Shown here: piece after piece, positions 18,401-25,400 of the stretch
Numbering within the stretch: the first letter of the stretch is position 1
Layout of the letters: each line of letters begins with the position of its first letter
Source of the DNA: an uncultured bacterium
GTDB taxonomy: Bacteria; Ratteibacteria; UBA8468; B48-G9; JAFGKM01
Direction: 5' to 3'
Assembly: GCA_964408175.1 (NCBI GenBank)
Contig: CAYOYL010000238.1
Location: 1 to 56,273, forward strand
Length of the DNA stretch: 56,273 bases
Made by a program: the position numbers and the translations under genes
The notes under the pieces: model-generated
What the model was told of the DNA's origin: nothing
Database searches by the model: none
What the model saw: only the letters and a program-made list of their open reading frames with translations

Positions 18401-19069
18401 TTAACGCGCTTTAATAGCCAATATTCTTACCATATCCCCGGTCTTTTTTATACAGTCAATAACGTCTTCAAGGTTATCTATCATTTCGTAGCCGAGGATT
18501 GTCATCTGCTGGCTGAGTTCTGTTTTGAGTAGAGCGTTTATCAGGTCCCGCCGTTTGTCATCTCCCTCTTCTTCAAGTGTTTCAATCTGAGCACAATCTT
18601 CCATAACCATATTTGCATCATTTTTTACCAGTGCATTTATTGCTGTCTTTAACTTTTCCACGGCTTTTACTGCGAGCAGACTATTATCCATAAGCAGTTT
18701 GTCAAATTCCGGTGAAAGCCCCTTTTCAAAAAATTCAAGCAGACGAACAACCCCTTTTGCACTGTCGGCTATATCGTTTAACCCTTCGTTCAGGAACATC
18801 AGGTCTTCCCTGTCCGGTGGAAGAAACATCCCTTTTGAAAGTTCATTCATTATTGTTTTTTTGATATCATCCCCCTCATGTTCTGAGTTTTTAGCGATGC
18901 TGATGTGATATTTTTTACCATCTATATCGTTTTTTATCAGGGACTCAATACTGTTTTTTGTTTCCAAGACACACTCGTAAGATTTTTCAACATGTTTAAG
19001 AGCAAGGATTAAAACACCCTTTTCTTCTCGTTCACCGAGCCATGCGAAAACATTTCTTGTCCTGTCCAT
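18401..19069 (-). CDS. DUF47 / PhoU-like phosphate-transport regulator (PiT-associated)
   Basis: The ORF track extends to 19156 and overlaps pit. I prefer the ATG at 19069 (MDRTRNVFAWLG...), which has GGAGG 5 nt upstream and lies in the 11-nt gap after the pit stop. Helical 222-aa protein in the usual pit-DUF47 gene pair. Confidence 0.8.
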   Translation of the reverse strand: MDRTRNVFAWLGEREEKGVLILALKHVEKSYECVLETKNSIESLIKNDIDGKKYHISIAKNSEHEGDDIKKTIMNELSKGMFLPPDREDLMFLNEGLNDIADSAKGVVRLLEFFEKGLSPEFDKLLMDNSLLAVKAVEKLKTAINALVKNDANMVMEDCAQIETLEEEGDDKRRDLINALLKTELSQQMTILGYEMIDNLEDVIDCIKKTGDMVRILAIKAR

Positions 19070-19080
19070 TTTGACCTCCG

Positions 19081-20049
19081 TTATTTGCTGCCGGAAATTA
19101 ATATACACATCATTATATACGTAATTATACCTGAAATCACAGGTGTGAGGAGCCATGTCAGTACTATGTCCCTTGCCAATTTCAGGTTAATTGTTTTTAT
19201 GCCCTGTACAATACCTGCTCCCCATACAGCTCCTATAATAGAATGGGAGGTGGATACAGGAATCCCATAGTGCGTGTATATATGTACGTTAATTGCAGTG
19301 GCTACTTCAATGGCTACGGTCATTAAGGGTGTAATATTTACTATTTCAAAACCTACCGTTTCAATGACCCTGTAACCCCATGTAATAACTCCTACGGTTA
19401 TGGCTAATGCTCCTACAATTGCGGTGGTGTAAGGAGTGAATTTTTGAGTGCCAAAGAGTATTCCGGTAGCGTTTGCTACATCATTTGCTCCCCATGTAAA
19501 TGCAAGATATGCACTTGTAATATATATAAGAATATGAGTTATAGACTTTCTGTATCTTGTTATGAACGGTATTTTGAAAAAAATTCTTAAGATATGGCAG
19601 AGTAAAATTGTAAGGATGCAGGAACCCAAAGGTGTGAAAACCCAGCAGATGAAAATTTGCAGTATCTTTTCCCAGTGCACAAAAGTATTCAGTGCCAGCC
19701 CTCCTCCTGCGACGGCACCTATTATTGAATGAGAGGTTGAAACTGGAAATTTTTTATAACTTGCCAGGGTTACCCACAGGGCTGCACTGAAAAGAGCTGC
19801 AAGTGCGAGGAAGTTAGCGTCACCCTGTGGCAGTTTGTTTAAGGCAACCACTCCTTTTCCGACAGTTTTTATAACATTACTCCCGAGTAATACTGCCCCT
19901 AAAAAACTGAAAGAACAGGTTATTAATATCCCTGTTTTTAGAGACATTATACCTGAACCTATATCAGCCCCGACGCAATTTGCCGCATCATTTGCTCCCA
20001 TAGACCAGCCCATATATAAAGCGGCAAGTATTACCAGCATAAGAATCAT
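19081..20049 (-). CDS. pit: Inorganic phosphate transporter, PiT family
   Basis: 322 aa, polytopic. Duplicated signature GANDAANCVG (N-terminal) and GANDVANATG (C-terminal half). Confidence 0.9.
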   Translation of the reverse strand: MILMLVILAALYMGWSMGANDAANCVGADIGSGIMSLKTGILITCSFSFLGAVLLGSNVIKTVGKGVVALNKLPQGDANFLALAALFSAALWVTLASYKKFPVSTSHSIIGAVAGGGLALNTFVHWEKILQIFICWVFTPLGSCILTILLCHILRIFFKIPFITRYRKSITHILIYITSAYLAFTWGANDVANATGILFGTQKFTPYTTAIVGALAITVGVITWGYRVIETVGFEIVNITPLMTVAIEVATAINVHIYTHYGIPVSTSHSIIGAVWGAGIVQGIKTINLKLARDIVLTWLLTPVISGIITYIMMCILISGSK

Positions 20050-20156
20050 TTTACAATTCTCCCGTGGTACTAATAATTCTATTCTATTATATCCAATTGT
20101 AAATTTTTTGCAACACTGGTATTGAATCCTAAGTTTTTTTAAGGTAAAATTAAAAT

Positions 20157-20789
20157 ATGGATGGAATTGTTACAAGTTTGCAGACAATTCATGATAGAAT
20201 AAAACCTGAGATAGAGTTAAGGAAGATGCAGTTCAAGGGAAATAATACGGTAGAGAATATACAGAAAGAATTTTTTTTCTGTTTGCTCACTCCTCAGTGC
20301 AAGGCGAGGGTATGCTGGGATAATATTGAGAGACTTTCTGCCAGAGGAATTTTGCAGAACAGTTCTGCAGAAAAGATTTCGCAGAGTTTTAGTGGAATAA
20401 GGTTCAGAAACAACAAGGCACGTTATATCGTTGAATCCCGAGAGAAATTTTTTAATGGGAACAGTTCTTTTTTAAAGTTTTTAGAAAAACAGGGTTCTGA
20501 ATCTTTAAGAGAGTATATAGTTTCTAACGTAAAAGGTATGGGGTACAAAGAGGCAAGCCATTTCCTGAGGAATGTAGGAAAAGGTGATGAACTGGCAATT
20601 CTTGATAGACATATATTGAAAGGCCTGTTTATGGCTGGCGTTATCTCTGAAATTCCATACGCCCTTTCAGTAAAGAGGTATCTGGGGATAGAAGAATCTA
20701 TGAAAAAATTTGCTTTGCATGTCAACATACCAATGTTTAATCTTGATTTCGTTTTCTGGTATTTTTTAAACAGGGAGGTGTTTAAATGA
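20157..20789 (+). CDS. ogg: 8-oxoguanine DNA glycosylase / AP lyase, archaeal Ogg2 type (HhH-GPD)
   Basis: 210 aa. FCLLTPQCKA and VKGMGYKEASHFLRNVGKGDELAILDRHIL match the Ogg2 helix-hairpin-helix and catalytic Lys/Asp region. Confidence 0.85.
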   Translation: MDGIVTSLQTIHDRIKPEIELRKMQFKGNNTVENIQKEFFFCLLTPQCKARVCWDNIERLSARGILQNSSAEKISQSFSGIRFRNNKARYIVESREKFFNGNSSFLKFLEKQGSESLREYIVSNVKGMGYKEASHFLRNVGKGDELAILDRHILKGLFMAGVISEIPYALSVKRYLGIEESMKKFALHVNIPMFNLDFVFWYFLNREVFK

Positions 20790-21220
20790 CACAGACTGAA
20801 ATTGTAAAAAAGTTGAGGGATAATGGCATACATCCGTCCTATCACAGGATAGAAATCCTTGATTTTCTCATGAAGAAGAAAATTCATCCTACGGTGGAGG
20901 ATATTTATGAAAATCTTTCTGCCAGAATTCCTACACTTTCCAAAACTACTATATACAATACTCTGAAAATACTCGTTGCTAAAAAATTGGTATCGGAGAT
21001 TACAATAGAAGAAAATGAGGTCAGGTATGATTATTCTGATGCTGTCCACCTGCATTTTAAGTGCAAAAAGTGCGGTAAACTCTACAATGTTTTCCACAAT
21101 TGTGCCCTATTGAATAAAAAAGAAATAGACGGACACTTGATTGACGAATATCATCTTTATCTCATAGGAGTATGTAAAAATTGCAGGGAGAAGGAGGAAA
21201 AAGGAACTAAAAATGAGTAG
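20786..21220 (+). CDS. Fur-family metalloregulator, PerR-like by context
   Basis: 144 aa. Winged-helix [11 protein letters not shown]...TIYNTLKIL. Structural Zn site CKKCGK...CKNC. 4-nt overlap with ogg and 8-nt overlap with rubredoxin. The PerR assignment is inferred only from the downstream oxygen-defence genes. Confidence 0.8.
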   Translation: MTQTEIVKKLRDNGIHPSYHRIEILDFLMKKKIHPTVEDIYENLSARIPTLSKTTIYNTLKILVAKKLVSEITIEENEVRYDYSDAVHLHFKCKKCGKLYNVFHNCALLNKKEIDGHLIDEYHLYLIGVCKNCREKEEKGTKNE

Positions 21221-21386
21221 ATATATTTGTGTGGTGTGCGGTTATATTTACGACCCGGCAAAGGGGGATACTGAAAACGGTATTGCTCCTGGAACAGGTT
21301 TTGAGCAACTGCCTGAAGATTGGGTTTGTCCTGAGTGTGGGGCAGGTAAAGACCAGTTTGAAAAAGAAGATGCCGACAGGAGATGA
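21213..21386 (+). CDS. rub: Rubredoxin (57 aa; below the ORF-track size cut-off)
   Basis: Hand translation: [57 protein letters not shown]. It has the two CxxCG knuckles (CVVCG, CPECG) and the conserved DP..G and W.CP residues. Confidence 0.9.
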   Translation: MSRYICVVCGYIYDPAKGDTENGIAPGTGFEQLPEDWVCPECGAGKDQFEKEDADRR

Positions 21387-21387
21387 A

Positions 21388-22569
21388 ATGATTATCAATG
21401 AAATAAAAAAAGGTGTGTATGGAATGGTCATAAATGACTGGGACAGAAAGGTCTTTGATGAACTTATTCCTTTACCCGATGGTACGACCTACAATGCATA
21501 CTTCATAAGTGATGACAAAAACGTTCTCATAGATACTTCTGACCCCAGTAAAACTGACAAGTTTATTTCTGCTCTTAATGAAATTAATGTTAAAAGGATT
21601 GATTACATAGTGTCAAACCATTCAGAACAGGACCATTCCGGCAGTATTCCGCGGATACTTAAAGAATTTCCCGGCTCAAAGGTAATAGCAAGTACAAAAG
21701 GTATAAAACTTTTAAAGGATTTGTTGCTTATTCCAGAAGAAAAATTTATCAGTATTGAGGATAATGAATCTTTGAATATTGGCAGGAAAACGTTAAAGTT
21801 TTTTTATACTCCATGGGTACACTGGCCTGAAACTATCATTACCTACAGTGCGGTTGATAAGATACTTTTTCCGTGTGACCTTTTTGGTTCACATCTGGCA
21901 ACAAGCAGGTTTTATGCCTCGGAAAATGAGAAGATATATGATTCAGCCAAACGTTATTACGCCGAGATTATGATGCCTTTCAGGAATAGCATAAGAAAAC
22001 ACCTTCAGGTCATTGAGGGATTAGATATAGATATTATTGCACCCGGGCATGGGCCTGTTTACAAAAATCCTGAATTTATAATTAATTCATACAAGGACTG
22101 GATTTCGGATGATGTAAAGAACGAGGTGGTGGTTCCATATATTTCAATGCATGGCAGTGTCTCAAAGATGGTTGATTTTCTCGTTGATACGCTCATAAAA
22201 AAGAAGATTGCCGTAAAGCCTTTTAATCTTACATCTACAGATTTAGGAGAACTGGCAATTTCTCTTGTTGACGCTGCTACGGTTATTCTGGGTACGCCGA
22301 CAGTTCTTACCGGTCCACACCCTTCTGCAGTTTACGCAACATATCTTTTTAAGATACTTAAGCCCAAGACAAGGTTTGTTTCCGTTGTTGGTTCTTTTGG
22401 TTGGGGCGGTAATATGTTAAAGACAATAACAGATATGCTGCCGGCAGGAAATATTGAAGTTTTGTCCCCTGTGATTATCACAGGATATCCCAAAGAGCAG
22501 GATTTTAAATTGCTTGAAAATCTTGCGGAAAATGTACTGGAAAAACATAAACAGTTGAATTTACTGTAA
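21388..22569 (+). CDS. fprA: Flavodiiron protein (FprA / rubredoxin:oxygen oxidoreductase)
   Basis: The ORF track starts at 21229 and overlaps rubredoxin in another frame. I prefer the ATG at 21388, 1 nt after the rubredoxin stop. Metallo-beta-lactamase-like diiron motif HSEQDHSG. C-terminal flavodoxin-like domain (VVVPYISMHGSVSKM...). Confidence 0.9.
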   Translation: MIINEIKKGVYGMVINDWDRKVFDELIPLPDGTTYNAYFISDDKNVLIDTSDPSKTDKFISALNEINVKRIDYIVSNHSEQDHSGSIPRILKEFPGSKVIASTKGIKLLKDLLLIPEEKFISIEDNESLNIGRKTLKFFYTPWVHWPETIITYSAVDKILFPCDLFGSHLATSRFYASENEKIYDSAKRYYAEIMMPFRNSIRKHLQVIEGLDIDIIAPGHGPVYKNPEFIINSYKDWISDDVKNEVVVPYISMHGSVSKMVDFLVDTLIKKKIAVKPFNLTSTDLGELAISLVDAATVILGTPTVLTGPHPSAVYATYLFKILKPKTRFVSVVGSFGWGGNMLKTITDMLPAGNIEVLSPVIITGYPKEQDFKLLENLAENVLEKHKQLNLL

Positions 22570-22622
22570 ACATATCTTCGTTCTTTGAAGAAAGATTTAA
22601 AATTTGTATAGAGGAGGTAGCA

Positions 22623-23117
22623 ATGGGTATATTTTTTGATGTGAGCGAGTTGTTTCAGTTTGCAATAAGGATAGAAGAAAATGGAGAGTATTTTTACAGG
22701 AAAGTTGCAAAGGTAAGTTCTAAAGATGAGATAAAAAACCTCTTTAATTTTCTCGCGGATGAGGAGACAAGACACAGGGAGATTTTTTCGGACATGGTCA
22801 GGAAAATTACGAAGTACGAACTTCCTGAAACATACCCGGATGAGTACTTCCAATATCTGAGGTCTTATGCTGATGCGCTTATTTTCCCCCCTGAAGTAGA
22901 GAAAGAATTAGATGTTTCCTCGGGACTCCTGAAGGCTCTGGACTTTGGTATCAAAAGGGAACTTGATTCAATAATGTTTTATCTTGAGGCGAAGAGTTTT
23001 GTGCAGAAAACACAACACAAAAAACTGGATGAAATTATCAATGAAGAACGCAAACATTTTTTAAAACTCTCCAGGATGAAAGAAGATATAACCAAAAAAG
23101 GAGGTGCTGAAAAATGA
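22623..23117 (+). CDS. Rubrerythrin-like ferritin-fold diiron protein (no rubredoxin domain)
   Basis: 164 aa. Paired E...ExxH motifs (IRIEENGEYFY...ADEETRHREIF and IKRELDSIMFY...INEERKHFLKL). GGAGG lies 6 nt upstream. Confidence 0.75.
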   Translation: MGIFFDVSELFQFAIRIEENGEYFYRKVAKVSSKDEIKNLFNFLADEETRHREIFSDMVRKITKYELPETYPDEYFQYLRSYADALIFPPEVEKELDVSSGLLKALDFGIKRELDSIMFYLEAKSFVQKTQHKKLDEIINEERKHFLKLSRMKEDITKKGGAEK

Positions 23118-23494
23118 AAGAGATGTTTCAAACCGGTGACTGGTCAAAGGAAAAACACGTTCCCGTTATAGAGATTTTGGAGATAAACAAAGAAAAAGGC
23201 ATAAGGGTTAAGGTATCTATAGGCAAAGAAATATCACACCCCAATACAACCGCACATCACATTGAATGGATAGACCTTTATTTTTTACCGGAAGGAGAAA
23301 AATTTCCTTATCAGATAGGTAGGGTAGAATTTTCTTCTCACGGTGCTTCAAAGGAGGGCGTGGATACGAGCACGATTTATTCGTTACCGGAGGCGGTATT
23401 AGGTTTCAAAACGTTGAAAAAAGGGACTATCTACGCTGCGTCCTATTGTAACATACATGGTTTGTGGGAAGGCGAGAAGGACCTTGTATTTTAA
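23114..23494 (+). CDS. sor: Superoxide reductase (neelaredoxin-type, 1Fe-SOR)
   Basis: 126 aa. EKHVPVIE, HPNTTAHHIEWIDLY and YCNIHGLW supply the His4-Cys iron ligands typical of SOR. ATGA overlap with the preceding gene. Confidence 0.9.
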   Translation: MKEMFQTGDWSKEKHVPVIEILEINKEKGIRVKVSIGKEISHPNTTAHHIEWIDLYFLPEGEKFPYQIGRVEFSSHGASKEGVDTSTIYSLPEAVLGFKTLKKGTIYAASYCNIHGLWEGEKDLVF

Positions 23495-23590
23495 AGTCAA
23501 CATCCTTGATTTACATCTTTGTAAAACGAAATTTTGACTTTTTAGAGAGGATGGATATAAAAAAAATTTTTGAATAAAGGAGGAAATGAA

Positions 23591-24073
23591 ATGAAAAGAA
23601 AGGGAAAAGAATTGGTAAAAGGCGATATAGGGGAAATTGTTGAGATGCTAAAGAAAGCAATGGCTGACGAGTTGTTTTCCACTCATCAGTATTGGCTTGG
23701 AGCCAAACTTGTAACAGGACCTATGAGAGGTCAGATAGTTGAAGAACTTAATGAGCATTCTGAGGAAGAACTTAAACATGCAAGTATGCTTGCAGACAGG
23801 ATTTTGCAGTTGGAAGGCACTCCTGTATTGAGGCCCGAGGATTGGTATAAACTTTCAAACTGTGGCTATGAGACTCCCGATGACCCGAGTTCCGTAACTA
23901 TCCTGAAGCAGAATATAGAAGGGGAACAGTGTGCCATAAAGGTTTATGAAAAATTAGCCAGTTTTCTCAAAGAAAAGGATGAGATAACCTACTACATGGC
24001 TATGGATATTTTAAAAGATGAGATTGAGCATGAGGATGAACTTATAACACTTCTTGAAGCCATTGAAGGGTAA
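23591..24073 (+). CDS. Ferritin-like / Dps-like protein
   Basis: The ORF track starts at TTG 23570. I prefer the ATG at 23591, with AAAGGAGGA 6 nt upstream. Four-helix-bundle di-iron pattern (ELFSTHQYW...EELNEHSEEELKHA...EGEQCAIKVYE...KDEIEHEDEL). Confidence 0.75.
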   Translation: MKRKGKELVKGDIGEIVEMLKKAMADELFSTHQYWLGAKLVTGPMRGQIVEELNEHSEEELKHASMLADRILQLEGTPVLRPEDWYKLSNCGYETPDDPSSVTILKQNIEGEQCAIKVYEKLASFLKEKDEITYYMAMDILKDEIEHEDELITLLEAIEG

Positions 24074-24097
24074 ATGAAGGATGGAAGAAAAAATTAG

Positions 24098-24676
24098 ATG
24101 CCCACAATAAAAGTACTCGGGATTCTATGCAGTCCGCGAAGGGGAGGCAATAGCGAGGTTTTACTTGACAGTTGCCTGAAATCTGCAGAGGAAAGCGGTG
24201 CTGAAACGCAGAAGATTGCACTCGGAGTGATGGATTTTGTACCCTGTCTGGGATGCGCGCGGATAAGAAAAGATGGCAGATGCAGGATAGAAGATGATAT
24301 GCAGAAAGTTTACACTGCCATTGAGCAGACCGATTCTATTGTTATTGCCTCCCCGATTTTCTTTGGCAGTTTGACCGCCCAGTGCAAGATGATGATAGAC
24401 AGGTTTCAATGCCAGTGGTTGGCTATGTATGTTTTTAAAACATACAAAATCCTGAAGGAAAAAAAGGGTGTTTTTCTGTGTGTTGAAGCATCGGATAAAA
24501 GGGCTTTTTTTGAAAATGCAAGGGCAATAATAAAAAACTTCTTTGCTACTGTTGGAGCATCATATAACTACGAACTTTTTTGTCCGCACGTGGATAAAAA
24601 GGAAGAGATGAATTCCCACCCTGATTGTATCAAAAAAGCAGAAGACATAGGAAGGTCTCTTTTGAAAAAAGGTTGA
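24098..24676 (+). CDS. Flavodoxin-fold NAD(P)H-dependent FMN reductase / iron-sulfur flavoprotein-like
   Basis: 192 aa. KVLGILCSPRRGGNSE FMN-binding N-terminus. Cys cluster PCLGCARIRKDGRC. IVIASPIFFGS. Confidence 0.75.
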   Translation: MPTIKVLGILCSPRRGGNSEVLLDSCLKSAEESGAETQKIALGVMDFVPCLGCARIRKDGRCRIEDDMQKVYTAIEQTDSIVIASPIFFGSLTAQCKMMIDRFQCQWLAMYVFKTYKILKEKKGVFLCVEASDKRAFFENARAIIKNFFATVGASYNYELFCPHVDKKEEMNSHPDCIKKAEDIGRSLLKKG

Positions 24677-24678
24677 TT

Positions 24679-25389
24679 CTATTGATGAATCTCTTCCCAT
24701 GGGAAATACAATTTCAGACCAAACTTAGGTGCCAGTTCACGATAGAAAACCAGATGTCCGAGCCAGTTGGGATGAACCCGGTCAGCCATTCTTATCCACA
24801 GACCGCATGAATTAGACACAGGATATTTAACCGTATATTTTTCATCAGTCCACAGGGTATAGTGGTCTACAACTTCACAGTCCAGTTCTTTCGCTATCTG
24901 GACTAATGCCGATGCATAAAGTTTGAGAGGACGGTTATCAGGGTCGTGTGCGTTACCAGGACACTTTCCCTTGGGATAAGGACCACCGGGTTCTATGACA
25001 ATCGGGTTTGGAGTACGTATCAATATTTCGCTGCTGCATGATTTGTGAATACGCTCTATCATTGTGTGTACATCTTTTTTGAATTTCTGCAGTCCTGCTG
25101 AACCCTCTCCTGCATCATTCATACCCAGAGCGAGTATTACCATATCGGGATGGAACCGTAATACATCTCTATCCAGTCGCGTCAGAGATTCCCTGTAAGA
25201 AGAACCGCATTTACCAGAATTGATGAGTGTGCAGATACCATTTCCGTATTCTTCAAAAATTGCCTCGTTTAGAAGACTGACCCAGTTCATTCGACCGCGT
25301 GTTTGAAAGGTGTTTTCTGTTATGGAGTCTCCTAAAGCAACTATTGTAACATGTTCACCTTTTTTAAGTTTGCCGATTGTTTTATTCAT
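24679..25389 (-). CDS. SGNH/GDSL-family hydrolase
   Basis: 236 aa. Block I VALGDSITE (catalytic Ser). Block III LALGMNDA. C-terminal DRVHPN (Asp-x-x-His). Lies 11 nt downstream of the 713-aa gene. Confidence 0.85.
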   Translation of the reverse strand: MNKTIGKLKKGEHVTIVALGDSITENTFQTRGRMNWVSLLNEAIFEEYGNGICTLINSGKCGSSYRESLTRLDRDVLRFHPDMVILALGMNDAGEGSAGLQKFKKDVHTMIERIHKSCSSEILIRTPNPIVIEPGGPYPKGKCPGNAHDPDNRPLKLYASALVQIAKELDCEVVDHYTLWTDEKYTVKYPVSNSCGLWIRMADRVHPNWLGHLVFYRELAPKFGLKLYFPWEEIHQ

Positions 25390-25400
25390 GGTTCTTTTCT

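Noticed and set aside
19070-19156. A 29-codon N-terminal extension of the DUF47/PhoU-like ORF that overlaps the 3' end of pit.
   Set aside because: The internal ATG at 19069 has a GGAGG at ideal spacing in the pit-DUF47 gap. The extension (MAPHTCDFRYNYVYNDVYINF...) looks like out-of-frame pit sequence.
20423-21097. A 224-aa minus-strand ORF overlapping ogg and the Fur-family gene.
   Set aside because: Both plus-strand genes have strong family motifs. The antisense product is low-complexity (Phe/Ile/Ser-rich) and has no start context.
21229-21387. An N-terminal extension of 53 codons on the flavodiiron ORF, as given in the ORF track (start 21229).
   Set aside because: It overlaps the rubredoxin gene (21213-21386) in a different frame, and its sequence ([18 protein letters not shown]...) has no FprA-like character. 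The ATG at 21388 gives a normal ~393-aa flavodiiron protein that starts 1 nt after the rubredoxin stop.
23495-23590. The TTTACA-TCTT-TGTAAA palindrome (about 23508-23523) upstream of the Dps-like gene, considered as a shared operator with the ATTACAT/ATGTAAT motif at 49893-49912.
   Set aside because: The two palindromes differ in half-site length and spacer (4 versus 6 nt), occur only once each, and match no regulator box I can name precisely. The similarity (TTACA/TGTAA) is short and AT-rich.
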